Shown here: positions 27,035 to 45,442 of the stretch, in pieces | How positions within the stretch are numbered: position 1 is the first letter of the stretch | How the letters are laid out: every line of letters begins with the position of its first letter | Assembly: GCA_964016885.1 (NCBI GenBank) | Contig: OZ024746.1 | Coordinates: forward strand, 87,544,001 to 87,608,000 | Direction of reading: 5' to 3' | DNA length: 64,000 nucleotides | From: Eledone cirrhosa | Taxonomy: Eukaryota | The notes under the pieces: generated by a model | The model's database searches: none | Told to the model about the DNA's origin: nothing | The model's input: the letters and a program-made list of their open reading frames with translations, nothing else | Position numbers and translations under genes: made by a program

Positions 27035-30000
27035 ATTATTAAATGATATTCGAATAAGAGTCCATTTCATTTTGTTTCTCGCTACCAATATTAACTAACA
27101 CAGTACGCCACGTGAATTTCTTCAGAAAATCAAAAGTATCTTTCTGGGATTCCTGTGTTATTTCATCTACATTTGCCTTGTTAGAATAGCCCGACGTACC
27201 AACACAATTTAATTAGAACATTGGAATATTAGAATTATGTTTATAATTTGTTTATAAAATGTCAATGATAATATATTTGTAATGTGAATAGAATCTAGTT
27301 CACAAGACAATTTTGATAACGGTTGACGTATAATACATGATCTACTGCATGCATACACCACGTAGCCTACTTGGGCACTAGAATTCTGTTGATATCATAC
27401 TTGTTACCGAGAGGTTTTATCTCTATTATGTGGTAGTATTCTTGATGATATTAACACTGTGTATTGTAATATGATTATGCTCTATATCTACTTATAACAG
27501 TTAATAATCTATCATCATATATTTAACATGAAGCTGTTTCAATTAATTTAGCCTCCACATTAAACCTGATGAATCAGATCTGTCTTAAATCCTGTATCCT
27601 GCAAAACTGTGAAGGGGACATTCCAGACGAAATCTTATAATTTAATTAACTCGCCAATATTCTAATATTTCAAGTATATTTTCCAATATGTAATTCCCAT
27701 TGTTATATAGTACGGTTTGATTTGGGCATCAACGTTGCTATTTCTAGCAAGCTACACGAACAGTGCTAGACCCACTGTTTGGGTACGGAAGATTTTTCTT
27801 GGAGAAAAGATGAATTTGCAAATGAAATACTATAATTAGTTTAACAAGTCAATATTAGAGTGATGAATCATATTTAACTGGTAGAATTTTGATTTGTTAT
27901 GTTCTGTTAAAAAGGCGTATAATTTATCTAATAAATTAGATTTCCATGACAATATACTTCACCAAGTATATTATATCTAATGGAAATTTATTTCGTCTAA
28001 TGCCTTTATTAAATGGGGTTATAATTCACCAATTTCAGGTATATCTAATTGAAATACATTTTATGTTATGCATATTTAATAAGAATATAATTCCTCTGAT
28101 TTTATGTTCGATATCGAAGGGATGTGAATGCTAACGAATCTATCAAATCACATATGACACGCAAGATAACAAGGTTAATTGTTTGATTAATACAATCGAT
28201 TTGACACGGCAAATGCCAACTAAAATGGTATGATCTATTGGCATCCAAATCAATGAAATATTGATACTTCAGCTTGGAAATCAATGATACATAATTGAAC
28301 AGGAAACAATATATGTTCATTTTGATCTAAATCTCTCATATAAATTCATGAAGAGTTTATAATTTCTAATAGAAATAATTTCTTATTGGAAAATCCATAA
28401 GAACATATCTAACCCATGTACCTTATATAATGTATTTATCTTATTACAGTGATCAGAATTTATTTCGCTCATAATGACTTATCAATCTAAAGATGCAATG
28501 CCCAATGAAATACTGCATTCTGTAGCTGCACAATAATTCGTATAGGCTTAGGATAAATAACATTTCTAATATGTTGTAACAGCTGGGTTTAACTATGCAA
28601 AATATATAACATTTATAATATATACTTTGAATTCTACTTAATTCGTTATAATCACTACAGCATATCTTGATCATTATTGCTGGACTGAAAGAACCTCAGG
28701 GTATTTTGTTTGTAATAGGCACACCGTATAACAATGTGTTGTTGCAAATAACCATTTATGTTTGGTGCAAAGACATGCCTGCCAACGGAAGATGGTGATG
28801 CCTAAATGATGAGCATGATGTTTGCGATGAGGTCCGCAAAGCTAACCCATGATTTAAGATGGAGTATTGACTTAAAACGCTTATTTTGTGTAGCAAGAAA
28901 CATATGGACATGGCGATAACGTTAAAGGTGATGAATGATTGCGACAATGTGTTTTTGATGGCCTTGGTAAGAATATCATTTATTTTGATGAGAGTAAAAG
29001 AAAAATAAATCAACAGTTGTAGTACAATTTTTTCTAAGTACCTACAAGCAATGGCTTGAAAAGTATATTCATAATTCAAACCCCACATATAAATGTTTCT
29101 ACCAAGATGATAGATTAGAAAAAGCAAATCTCAGTTACCATCAAATAGCGAAAACTACTTTTATTTGTATATTACGAGAAGGAATATTTCTTTCAGTTGT
29201 TATGTAGTTATTGATTCATATATATTTCTATGGCGTAAAGGTTTTCTTACATTTAAAGTAAGCAACAATGCCATTGCTTTTGCATCCATACAATTTTAAT
29301 CCCACAAAGGTAATAAAGAATATACTTTAGGAAACTTTATCATTTTGTTTCCTCATATCCTATGTAAGCAATTCCATCAGCAGACAATGCAAATACTCCA
29401 ATTCTAGCATATCTGTTTTGAGTACTATGCGGGTATATTAACATTTGCATTGCTCGATTCAATAAATATCTAACTACTATCAATGTAAGATATAAAATTG
29501 ATCCTAACACATTTATTCTACTTGGATAAATGTATGGGATATGTGTGTTAAAATGAATGTGTAAGATTGTTAAAATTAATATGTAAGCCTAACTCACATT
29601 TGTACAATCGGACATATATTTCCCGGGCTCACTTCTTTTTATTTGCTTTTATACTGAAGAGGCATTTGCATTATTTGTAAGTAGTTGATCAGGATTTCAA
29701 AATATAGAAAACACCAACAACTCAAATGTTCGGTGACTACTGTACATGGACAAATTAAAGTATCTCATATTACACAACACTCACCAAATATGAAGTATAG
29801 CACGTGTATCCTCAAATGTTTTCAATCACATATTGTTTTTCTATTCATTCATCATAATTTTGCTTTTCGAGGCAAAGTACCTACACGTTTCAAAGATGAT
29901 GTAACAACATGCATCTCAAACAAAACTTGTAATTTAAGTGATATAGGTATAGTTGCTTTTCATAGACAAAAAGGACTAGTTGCATATTTTTAGTAGATTT

Positions 30001-32162
30001 CATCTGTATGGCTGCATTTCTATTATATCTCGTCTTTATTTCTTGTTAAATATATCGAAAAATGAATGGCAACCCTTCCATTTTAGCAGAAACACAAAGA
30101 CAAATGACTTTCAAAGATTGTGTTGGTCTTCCGTGTTCAGTTTCTCCACATCACTGTACATAATGACATCTCAGATGCCTCAGCCTGAAGTTGTCGTTAT
30201 ATGAGACATGAGGTCAAAAGTATTTGGTGTTCCTCTTTCGAGATGCAACGCGCAATGACCTCTAAGATAGAGTTAAGCTTCTCTGTTCTTCGGAATTATT
30301 TTAGGTTTGCGCATTTTTACATGTTCTGGTGTCACGCCATATCAAAGACCTAGTGTAGCATGTTTAGTTAGCAACATTCTTTTCTGTAGGTTTTGTGAGT
30401 ATCAAACGTCCTCTTCCATATGCAAACACCGATTGAATAGGTGCTAGAATAAACGTTATACTTGTTCATCTTACACACACAAACGACATATTTTAAACGT
30501 CAAATGAAATAGTTATTTGGAAAACACATCTTAGATATCAGGTGAATCAACATGTAAACAACTTATACTCTTCCAGAAAATTCCGGTGCATGCACACATA
30601 TATATGATTCAGCACGGTCTCTTCCACATTCACCAAAGCGTTTAAACAAACACAGATAAGCCGTGAATTTAAAACATGCAACATAAAATTAAAGCGATAA
30701 TTCAATCGCATGCATTCACAACATCAGCATCTTTATATTTAAGAATAGTTATTTTATTTTATGCAGTGACAACATTTATCATCCACTAAAGCATCTATAT
30801 TAATATTTTTATTTGGAATTATGAAATCAAAAATAGTATCATTAACGTATGATGGCAATTTTATTTATAGTTATGTCTATAAATAGCCAAAGGTTGACTC
30901 TGAAACGCTTTGTTATCAATCTGTTTACTTCCCCAATACAGATACTCTGAAGCAGGATACTTAATATAATTATTAATGATTTACATCATTTATTTATATG
31001 TAACAGAATGGGTTCATTCTTGTTACGATGCACTTGCTAACTCTAGATCTAACATTGTCGTAGCAATTATCATGTATTGATTTTATCAGAACAAAAACAA
31101 GCTATTTTGGTTCCACGTATGATGTCCTCTTGACTGCCTATTCTTAATAAACAACCTCACTAATACTTCACATAGGTTATTATGCCTGATTTGTGTAATT
31201 TCCATCCACCTGCAATGCCGTTGTAAAACCTTCCAGACATCTAATGGCTCATAAACTTTAACTAGCATGACTAGCACTAGAGCAAAAATTGTTTTGTTAT
31301 TTAGAATTAGGAAATATTTAACTAATCTAATTAATTTCACTTATTTTCTTTCGTTCTTCACTTCTTCAAAATAATATTGTGTCTGAAGTAATTAATGTAC
31401 GATGAAATATACTTCCTTCCTAACATTCACGTTATTAACTATTCCCAACTTGTTTTCTGCAATATTGCTAGATGCACTGCAAGTGTTCAGGCGGATAATT
31501 ATACAAAAATACAATTCGCTGCTGTCTAACCCTGTGAAAAATTGATGAAGGTCATATAATATTGATATCATTCTAAAAATGATTATTCCAATGTTCTGAC
31601 ACAAGCTTGCGTCCAAAACAACATTATACAACGTCTGGACATTCTACGTCGAATTTAGAAATGTGACATCTGATTGTAACCGATGTTCTACATAAAATTA
31701 ATCTCATTTATACAAATACCAATTGTAATGAGAAAATCATTGTCTTTCAAATGTCGTCAACATAATCATGACGTAAATCATAGAATACATATCTTTGTAA
31801 AATTTGAAAATACATATTTTTTATTACGAACTTCAAGAGGAAAAAGATCGTGTCAAAATAAGTGTGTTGGATTACTATTGCCGTGCAGGCAATGAGTATT
31901 GATTGAAAGTCTGGAATAAATTATGAAATGACCCACTGCATACACATTTTAGAAGTTTCCTTTGGGAGAAATCATCAGGGTTTCCTGAATGAAACATTTC
32001 TAGTCGTCTAGAAGTCATCTCTATATTAAATATAACAAATACTTATACTCTGCTATCTATTGAGTACCTTACTTACTGATGATGGGAAACTTCCATCTCT
32101 TGTTAGTGTCACCTTACATTCTAACACTCGTTATCAATAACCATACAGACTCGCCTTCCTGA

Positions 32163-32271
<109 letters not shown>

Positions 32272-33108
32272 GAAATAGAGAGAGAGGGGTAAATAATTGG
32301 ATCATAGTTGGTGGAATCCACTTTAGGCATCTATATAAATATGTGAGAAATAAAAGCTTTATATTCGCCTGCAATCATGCAAGTCAAAATAAACCAACGT
32401 GATAAAACATTGTGTAGGATCAGTATAATTAATGATAACACCACTACAGAGCATAATATAACATTAGAGACAAATTAGCCAAATTAAAAGCGTGTATTTA
32501 CTACATGTTTCAATTTCTGTGTTTTTCCGAACGTTAAATGATAAATTGTTATTTCAAAATACTTCAACGCCTCCTAGATAAATTTGATGCGATAATCTCC
32601 AGTTTTTCTGGATAAATTGCACCGCTTTTCAAGTTATGTTTTAATTCATACGTGGACATTTTCTTTAGTTTACACTATTTTACTTTTCCCTGAAAAGGTC
32701 TCCATGTCGATTTGAGGTACGTTCATCAGTCATGCGGATAATAAAGCGAATTTTTCAATTGTATTGCCTAGTTGAAGCATAATTGTTTTTTGTTTTGCCT
32801 TATTTTCGTTTCTTCTCTTATCATTTATTTGTTAATATTCCTATGTGTATTATATATATATGTGTGTGCGGGGTGGGGGGGACAGGGGGTTTCAAGGAGC
32901 AAGTTAATTGCGTCCATTGGCGGTATACCGGGTGAGCATGCGAATTATAGTTGTGTCTAGCGAACGAGGTAAATATTTCTGTAAGAATCATCTAGCTTCT
33001 GGAAAAATTTGGAAAGGGAATAATTATATTGTGCTGCTTATTATGTAATTAACTAGCTCTGTACAATACATAGAGAGTAATCTTCTTTCCTTTATATGTA
33101 TAAATGCT

Positions 33109-33196
<88 letters not shown>

Positions 33197-34088
33197 CTGT
33201 GCGTGTGTGTGAATGTGTGTGTTATCAGCAGAAGATGAGCAGAGTTACATTACATGAACATATACAAACACATACTTAGCTCGTCTTCCCTCTTTCTGGC
33301 AGTTTGCCATATTATCGTAATGCCAGTTTGCGCAACAGATGGCATTTCACGCACTTGATTTAATGCAAATGAGGCGGTAAGAAAACAAAGAATGGACAGG
33401 AAATACTCAAGGTTATACACATGGGAAAATTTACAACCAGAATTGTATGGACACCAGATTTTGCATGTAAATCTGCAACACAAAATGCATAGAAATTTGG
33501 CATTTCTCACTGAAATACGGAAAAAACAAATTACTTCCAATATTTAGCAGTTCTACATGCTGAAAGACGGAATCATTGTCCTGGCAACATGGATTAATAT
33601 TAGTAGAAAAACGAGAGATAGTGAAGAAGAGAAGAGGAAAGCTGGGTAGAACACAGTAAGTGAATGAGAAATGGGGAGAGAGAGTTTTAGAAAACGAAGG
33701 AGAAATAGAGCAAGCACGGGTCAAGCAAGCGAAAACTTATAATTATCATATTTAAATAAGATATAAGCGTACGTTTTGCGTGGAGAGGGGTTGTATAACT
33801 TAGCACGAAATTTATTTCATAATCCTTCCTTTTGTTGCTTAAGAATAATTTGGAAAATAATACCCATTTCCTAAGAAAGGTGTTGATTCGAAAACGTTAC
33901 GCTATACGTCTCATATTTCTTTCTTTTAATAGTTTTTCTATGATTTCAACTAATACTACTTAAAATATAAAACGAAACAGATATACAAATGGGTTTGGTT
34001 TTCCGTTATATTTTAGTATATCTGAATTTGAAATTGTATTAAACACGCAACACAATCTGGTATATAGACACTCATATACACGCATACT

Positions 34089-36276
<2,188 letters not shown>

Positions 36277-36542
36277 TAGATACATATATATATATATATA
36301 TATAAATAAATATATATACATATATATATATATATAAATGAAATAACAGGAGGCTGGGCTGGTGTAAATACTTGAAAGGTTTATTATACTATGATCATTT
36401 ATAATTAAATCCGTATTCGCACAACCAACTACACAAACGAAGATAGGTGAACTGCACTGCGTTGAGTAGACTTCACAATATTACACCAGCATTGACCATA
36501 CGGAATGACCAGTTCTATCCAGTGGTGAACGAACAAACCTAA

Positions 36543-36738
<196 letters not shown>

Positions 36739-37802
36739 ATATATATATAAATATATATGTGTGTGTGTGTGTGATTATCTATGTGTAGACGAATGTGTAT
36801 GGTAGTTTATGTGTTGTCGTATACTGGTATGAGCTTGTGTATCTGTTAATTCGTCCGTTTAAGTAGGTGTAAGTAAAATTAGAAAATATTCATCGTAAAA
36901 ATACATATAAGAGAAGACATACGAAATAAAAATTACGTGTTGAATAAACATTTTTCTCTGTGTTTACAAAATGTAAAAATCCGTTCAAGCAGCAAATTTA
37001 CAAGAAATGAAGTTTCTATTTAATATTGTTTCAAACCTGGAAGGTGTTTGGAAACTTTAGGATTCAGCTAAAATATCAATCGGTTTGAAGGTTTTTAGGT
37101 TTTCTCCAATTTGTAGTTCGGTGTGAAGTATGTTAGGAGGAAAATCAGTTATTTTTAAGTACTTCAAAGTATCAACGAGAGATTCGAAGGAAATATTTCA
37201 TTTGTGAATATATGGTTTCTCTTTCATAGTATTTGGATAACAATATTTTTATACTTTGTTTGAAAAGTTTCTTTCTGGGGCAATTATCCAATCTCTATTT
37301 TATCGTTTTGTTTTATTTTATTTTATAATGCTGTTCTACCACTTGCATTTGCCCTCAATTTCTATTTGATATATCACGACAATTGATCTTCGAAATATTC
37401 CTGTTTCTCTCACCTTATATATCATGTTCACAGGAATAGTTATGTAAGGATGTTCACTTCGTATTCAGGTTTCATTGTTTCAATTTATCGAATGCACATT
37501 GTTTGTTCGATGACCACACTTCAACCACCACTGTTGCTACTTCCCCTGCCTTCTCACGTGCTCCTGCTGCTTCCGTCAGAATAAGAGACACCCTCATTTA
37601 CCGTTAGCTGCAACCCAGTAGACACTTTTTTCCACTGCTTTCTTATCTTGTGTCCTTTTTAAAAAATAGCAGCGTCATGCCAAAAGAAATGTTGATTTCG
37701 TAACGAGGAGTAGCCATAAATACATGATACCTGCTTTACCGAAGGAAATCATATTGGCAAGACGGCAACTGAAAAGGTGCTATAGTTCATTATTTCTTTA
37801 CT

Positions 37803-37968
37803 AGGGCGGTGAGTCGGACGCCATGCTTTCCAGCATAGTTACGTCCCTTTACGATCTGAGTTCAAATCCCGCCGAGGTTGACTTTGCCTTTCATCCTTAC
37901 GGGGTCGATAAAATAAAGTACCAGTAATGCACTGGGTAATTGCTGGCCTTGTGCCTAAAGTAGAAACA
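37803..37968 (+). mobile_element. MetaSINE-type SINE with 14-bp TSD
   Basis: TSD ATTATTTCTTTACT; B box and core. Confidence 0.9.
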
Positions 37969-38237
37969 ATTATTTCTTTACTTATTTTACATTCTTCAAC
38001 ATTTCTCGACTCTCCTTTCGTATTTCTCCATACCAAATTGTTGCTCCATCATTCTCATTCTCACTTTGCATCTCTTCCCTCATATCCTGTTACTTCATTT
38101 CTCTCCCTCTTACCCTTATTCACTGACCGTTCTTCTGCTGACAAGAGGTTATATTTTAACCCGACTCTTTGCTATTCGTGATAGCAGCTGGCTATTTTAA
38201 AGCTATTTGTAAACTTCAGTTTCCTACAGGTTTATGA

Positions 38238-38285
<48 letters not shown>

Positions 38286-38438
38286 CCGTGTATGTATGTG
38301 TATGTGTGTTTGAGTGTGTGATTTTATGTGTGTATATATGTGTGTCTGTGTTACGTGTGTATGTGTGTGTCTATGTGTGTGTGTGAATTCAAATGGCAAA
38401 CAGAGATATCAAATCAACAGTCTTACGATTCGATATAA

Positions 38439-38474
38439 TCTTAATATGTTGGACTCTAGTCCTTCATCAGAAAA
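38439..38474 (-). ncRNA. Degenerate hammerhead, family J
   Basis: ttt-CTGATGA-AGGACTAGAGTCC-AACA (GAAA lost); homolog 54706-54741. Confidence 0.45.
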
Positions 38475-38627
38475 CAGAATAAAATATTAAAACAGATATT
38501 TAATGATAGACGTAGTTAAAGAGAATAGTGCAGGATATATATATATATGTGTGTGTGTATGTATGTATATATATATATATATATTAGTGTGTATATATGT
38601 ATTTTTTCATATATGTAAATAAATATA

Positions 38628-38802
38628 ATTGTTTCTACTTTAGGCACAAAACCAGCATTACTGTTACTTTATTCTATCGATCCCGTAAGGATGAAAGGCA
38701 AAGTCAACCTCGGCGGGATTTGAACTCAGACCGTAAAGGGACGTAACTATGCTGGAAAGCATGGCGTCCGACCCTCTACTGATACTGCCAATCCACCGCC
38801 CT
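38628..38802 (-). mobile_element. MetaSINE-type SINE with 18-bp TSD
   Basis: TSD TATATGTAAATAAATATA at 38610-38627 and 38803-38820. Confidence 0.92.
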
Positions 38803-39326
38803 TATATGTAAATAAATATAATATAAGGGAAATAGTTTTCAATCTACTTTCAATAATATATTTTCGTTCCATTTTTCTTTCTCGATTTACAATCCTGTAG
38901 AATTATATTTTTCTGTATTTGCTTATACTCACCCTTTGTACTACATAGTCAATACTTTATTCTGCCTTCTAGTTCAGTTCCCATTATATTAATTTTTACC
39001 ATGCTATTTTCATCTCCCGATGCCTTGAATCGATGCAAAATGCGTTGAACTTTTTTGTTCGAGAGAAGAAACATGTAACAAACTTTGAATAAATGTATAT
39101 CTACACGTTTCTAAATGTATATATAATTACTGTATGCATGTTAAATACACCACACACACACACACACACAAACTCACACACACATATGTATATATATATA
39201 TATGTATATAATATATATATGTGTGTGAGTGAGTGCATATATATATAAACATATACAAATATGTATAAACATGACAAACATATATGAATATGAATGCGTA
39301 ATTCACACACACTCAGACACACACGA

Positions 39327-39376
<50 letters not shown>

Positions 39377-39381
39377 GTATA

Positions 39382-39481
<100 letters not shown>

Positions 39482-39889
39482 TAGAGTAAAACAAAGAATC
39501 CTTTAATACATCAAAAGTATTTATTAGCCGACAATATATATATATATATAGATTTACATACATACATATATATAATAATGAATATATCTATATTTTCATA
39601 TATGTGTGGGGAGTTATGTTGTGTATAGCTGTATGTGTGTATATGTGCGTGCATGCTTGGGGTGACATATATATTTGGAATTCTATGAGCAATACACGAA
39701 TGGTAATATTTTTCTTACTCCATAATTTCATTTCATTTATGTGTGAATTTCTTGACTCTCTATATTATCAACCCCATCGTACGCATGAGGTCAAACACAT
39801 CCAGGAACATACACAAACTATGTTCAATCTTTAAGACGCATGGCTCATATCAAATCTTTAAAATTATATTCATTTGAATATAATAATAA

Positions 39890-39994
39890 TTCTTCTTCTT
39901 CTTCTTCTTCTTCTTCTTCTTCTTCTTCTTCTTCTTCTTCTTCTTCTTCTTCTTCTTCTTCTTCTTCTTCTTCTTCTTCTTCTTCTTCTTCTTC
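39890..39994. repeat. (CTT)n microsatellite (also 50948-51089)
   Basis: Direct reading; gives poly-E/poly-L ORFs. Confidence 0.97.
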
Positions 39995-41678
39995 CTCTTC
40001 TCTCCTTTGCTTCTGAGCCTGAAAACAGTCTGATATGTTCATCGGTCTGTGGGAAATGTACCCCCCCCCCCCACTACCAACAAAAAGGCTTCGAAACGGA
40101 TTGTTAACATTGTCTCTCTTTCGGAATATCCAACAACAAATATACAACGCTGCAGACTCAAGTCCGCCTCTTTAAAAACGACTGCAACTAAGTCAACCTC
40201 TCTTCTGGTGTTTATTTCTGCACCGCCATTGAGTCTACTTCAAAGAGCAGCCAAATTTCTCTGAGGTTCTACCCTCTGATATGCTTGAAAGTCACACGTT
40301 GCTTCACCCCTACTGATATAATCTACAGAGTAAACGATTTCGTCATGGATGTAATGTTGTTGATCATATTCTTAATTATCCTACCGGAGCTGCTCTACGG
40401 ATGTACGAAAAGGCACGTCTGACAGAGCCTAGTGATATCCTTACGTGCAACTATCAGCAATGGTATTTCAACGTTTCCCATTTGTTTTTTCTAAGATCAT
40501 AAATTTGAAAGTGATATTTACTATAGAAATATTAAGATTATATAGTTTAACTGGTGGCATTACTAACTTCACATTCAAAGAGAAAATGTATAGGAGCAGT
40601 GATATTTGGAAGTCGAGGTACAGAAAAAATTAACGGAGGCCAAACTTGTAAAGCGGCCATCATTTTAAAGCACGTTGTAAATAAAGATTTGTTGGACTGA
40701 GAATTCAAAAGCAACATCTACTCCATCATATGGCATTGTAATGACAGTATCATTATATTCCTCGTGTCGCCACATATTAATGACCAAATGACTCGAAATT
40801 CGCATAATTTACAGAATCTTTGAGCAAATTTGAAACCGTTGAAATTTGAAACCGTGGAAATTTGAAACCGTTTTCCAATAAATAGTGATATAGAAGTGTA
40901 AAATGGCCTGCTATACATTATTAAGGCACATAGTAAGATTAGTGAGGGAAGTATGAGATGAGAATACTCAGCGAGAAAGGATGTCAGAAAGCCAAGATGT
41001 GAGGGATAGAAGTTTAAATGAAGATAAGAAGAACGACTAGAAATCAAAAGAAGGCTAGGATTCTAAGCAAGTGAAGCGAATGTATGATAAATATTTGCTT
41101 GTCTTTTCAGTTGTGCTCATCATTTCTCTTCGTTCGTCTGTTTTGTATCATGTTATTTGCTGTCAATTATTTCACAAAGATTGAAAGTCTGTTTGTATCA
41201 ACAGAATTTGAAGTGTTTTGGGATTATAAGAAAATATATAATATGCTTGGCAATTATGAGAAAATACCTTGCATCTTTCGGGACTATATGAAAATATATT
41301 ATATACACAATATATAATATTTCTGACAAAGTTATTTGCTCCAAAGCAGCATTGATGAATACGTGACACAAAGGTTCAATCTGCAATGTGAGAAAATTGC
41401 AAGATTGTGGCATCATTTTTCTTTGCTACTCTGTTTGCCCTATATCCATATACTTGATCCTAGCAATATTCCGAGAATATCCCAGTCATACGTAATCTTT
41501 CTTTCATATAGATCACAAACTATTTTTTCACTAACGTTTTTAACAGAGAAATCTACTTTGAATGAAATTCATAATCTATCCTTTAAAAGTAGCGATGATA
41601 TATGCTTATCACAGCTACTGCTGGATTATTTTCTAATTGTGATCTAAGAGATTGGGGTAAAAAGAGGTGCATTTAATT

Positions 41679-43199
41679 TAACAAATAATTTCATTACTGC
41701 TGTATTATTTCTTAGTTTTCTATCACCTTCCTCGGTCAAGCTTTGAGTTTGGGGATCCAACGAGATAACAGTTCAAGCAACCCAAGAAATTTACCACTAT
41801 GCAATGAGAGTCAGCATATAACGAAAAGTTCATTTTCTCCAAATATTATATAATGCCAAATTGACTGTGTGAAGTATTCATCAATTTCCATTCGTCTGCT
41901 AACATTTCATAAAGCAGAAAATGTTTGCTGAATTTATTGAAATTAATTAATTCTGCAAGACTTCACGATATACAATTTAATTATGGTCAGGAATTCTGTG
42001 ACACAATTCTCAATGTTGGGGTAATAGGTTTATTTTAATATAGAGTACTTTGAGTACTGGTTGAGAAACATCCATTTTTCTCCGGGGTTAGTAAATGTGT
42101 TTCGTTTTCCTTTTGTACTCAAGCAGATGGTGTAGGTTTTGCTGCTTATATCGATCAGTGATGGCTCGGTTGTTCACATGTGCATAACTCACTTCTCTTT
42201 CACTTCAGTGTTATATTTCGCTTCCATAGATAGGTAGTGCATATATGATTCATATTTTCCTCTCTGAAACATGTTGCATCAATAAAAATATCAACTTTTC
42301 ACCAAGCTTGATTAATTAGATTGACACTTGTCGTATATAATGCGTTCAGTAAGATGAACATTCTACTGACGATTCAGTTTGTCATCTTATGATTCCAGTC
42401 ATTTCTGTATATGTGTGTGTGTGTATGTGTGCGTGTGTGTGTGTGTGTGCGTATGTGTATATGTGTGTGTGAGTGTGTGTGTGTATGTGTGTGTATGTGA
42501 GTGTGTGTGTGTGTGTGTGCGTGCGTGTGAGTGCATATGCATGTGTATGGATGGTGAGTATTGATCTTATAACCACGTTTCTGTCAGAACGTCTTGTATC
42601 AATGCGCTTATATAACCGTACTAACATGCATAATGTAGATACATTTGTCAAGACAATATCTTACACTTGAATCTTTATGGTACAACTCCAAATATAAGAT
42701 TTCCATTTATATTACTAGAGGTGACTTTAGATTCAGATAGTGTATACCTGTAGCACTTAGATTAACCTATGCTTTTGTCAGACAATATGATTAACTACTT
42801 TACATATTAATAAAAATTGTATTATGTGTGTGCATATATATATATATATATATATCTGTGTGTGTCTATGTGCATGCATGTGGTCATTTCTTTTGGCTCT
42901 GTGGTGAGCCTTGATATTCTACACATTCAACTTAACACATACACAGGATCATCAGACGCGCCACATTTAAAATTAAATAACACACACATACACACACACA
43001 CACAAACACCTGCACCCACACTCATACCCACACATATATCATATAATATAGTGAATTTAAACATCGAGTGCTCAACTGGGTGAACCTACAGTAACTTGAT
43101 GTTATATTTGACAAATAATTTGATTACTGTTGTATTATTTTCTAGTTTTCTATCACCTTCCTCTATCAAGCTTTGTGTTTGGGGATCCAACGAGATAAA
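41679..43199 (+). repeat. Dispersed ~90-bp direct repeat (41679-41769 and 43109-43199)
   Basis: acaaataattt.attactg.tgtattattt...tctatcaccttcctc..tcaagctttg.gtttggggatccaacgagataa in both. Confidence 0.8.
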
Positions 43200-43513
43200 A
43201 TTTACCACTTTGGCGATCGGTATGCAATATATATATATATATATATATGAAAACAAATAGTAGAAAGGAAAAATATTTGTTTCAGTAGAAAATGCTGAAG
43301 AGATACTATCAGTGCAATATCAAAACATTTATATATTTATAAAGAGGATATTTGCGCATTGAATAAGGGTACCGGTTTCAGCATTACATGCATTGTCAAC
43401 TGCGTATACGCAGTTCCATATTTGTACATATATTTATAATAAAAAGGGGAAGAAACATTATTAATTTTTACATATATATAAATATATATATGTGTGTGTG
43501 TGTCTCTGTGTGT

Positions 43514-43594
<81 letters not shown>

Positions 43595-43651
43595 CGTGTG
43601 TATGTGTGTGTGTATGTGTATGTGTGTGTGCGCGTGCGTTCGCGTGTGTGT

Positions 43652-43840
43652 CATGTCGCTCTTAATCACTGTTAGTAAAATATAGCACAGTGCAAACTGA
43701 AGCAGTATCATGTCGTCTCCGACTAAAGTGGCAGGCCAGTTTGGCTTGCGTTGTGATGAGGATGACTTTTGTACACCCTGTTGAATGCGAAGATGAACCC
43801 GATAAAGAAGGAGTAACTCTGGAAAGTCTATTGCCATCCA
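43652..43840 (+). mobile_element. Diverged RTE 5'UTR-derived element fragment
   Basis: Similar to 11311-11503 and reverse complement of 52738-52930. Confidence 0.6.
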
Positions 43841-45311
43841 CTTGTGTTTATTATTTATATATTGTGAGGAAATACGTACGTATTCTGTGATTTTTTTAAT
43901 ATTTTATGCGCAGTATGTCTTGGTAGATGCTGTAATCTTATTAACACAATCAGCCTAGAAAACGAGGAACTTCTATACCCAAAGCCTGCGACTGTGTCAT
44001 TAATTCATACATGGAAGTTTTTCCTATAAAGGGGCGTGGTATGGCAGAAACCCTCTGGGTGTCTTTGTGCAGGTTCTTTAGTAAATCAGCAGTCTAACTT
44101 GGCATTTCAACTGCTTTTATACACAATGAAATCATAGTATATAGCAATTGCCGAACACGCGTCTATTTTGTTTACGATGGGCGAGAACATTCACACAGAC
44201 ACTTAGAAACATATATCTCACCATCTCCCTATCTATACATACATACGTACACACACAGAAGCGAACACATACACACAAGCGCGCGCACACACACGCACAC
44301 ACAAACACACACATACATAAACACACACACACACACACACACACACATCCATATATATGTTTCTCGTGTGTCATATTTTATGACATACATATGCCATATT
44401 TGTCAGCAGTCAAAATATATGAAAATGGGGTGACGAGAAAACTCATAACACAATCTGGCCTGATGAAGGTTCCTAGATGAGGTAAATTGTTGTAAGTATA
44501 TAATTTCCAGTATAAAATAAAAGTAAACATGTTTAAAACGAACGCAACTGAAGTATATATGAGGAAAGTATATAACGATTAATGTGCGTTTGTGTGTGTT
44601 TTTACATTCAGTGTGTTTATGGAGGTTTAGCCTTAGCCTTTCTGCATCACGTTTCTCGTTTCGAATATGATCATCATGTTGAAACATCCGGAAACTTAGC
44701 ATAGACATAAAAGTAAACATTAAACTTGCACCGCTGGCAATGTCACATAATACATATTATTGTGTGTTTCTGTTTGCTTATCAGCTGACCAGTAGTATAC
44801 TGTATTATGTGAGTTGATATAGTATATTCTGCCATATTTTGATGCGTGTAATAAAAACTATATTGCCTGGAAGATATATTTTTTGTGGCTAAATTAAAAT
44901 AACTTTAGTGGCCATTTTCAGGGAAAACAGCCACACCGGAATAATATGATTATGTTATGGCGTTTATCAATGAGGAGTTTATAGTGAACAAAAGATCACA
45001 ATAAGTAAAGAAAATTAAATACATTGTGGAGAAAGATGTTGTATAGTGGTAGGGATAATTGACAGACAGCGAAACACAATAAAGTCTTTCTATTTGCTGT
45101 ATTACAACATATAATGTAACTTATATGTAACTTGTTAAAAAGCCATTTACGAACTGTAAGCAAGGTTTTGAAGGGAGACAAAATGTAATTTAGATTTTGG
45201 AACCTAAATAAAAAGACATTAATCATAATTTTTATCTAGACATTCACACACACATACACTACATATATGTTTGTTTGTGTGTGTGGGTGTATGTGTGTGT
45301 GTGTGTGTATG

Positions 45312-45442
<131 letters not shown>

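Noticed and set aside
33250-33540. Possible minus-strand exon with a GTATGT donor
   Set aside because: No recognisable protein motif and no neighbouring exons
40826-40872. Three ~15-bp AAATTTGAAACCGT repeats, CRISPR-like at a glance
   Set aside because: No spacers, eukaryotic context; simple minisatellite
43290-43335. CTGAAGA-GATA...TATC-AAAA hammerhead-like string; also isolated CTGATGA at ~13620, ~27566, ~44460
   Set aside because: No GAAA and/or no supporting helices; expected by chance
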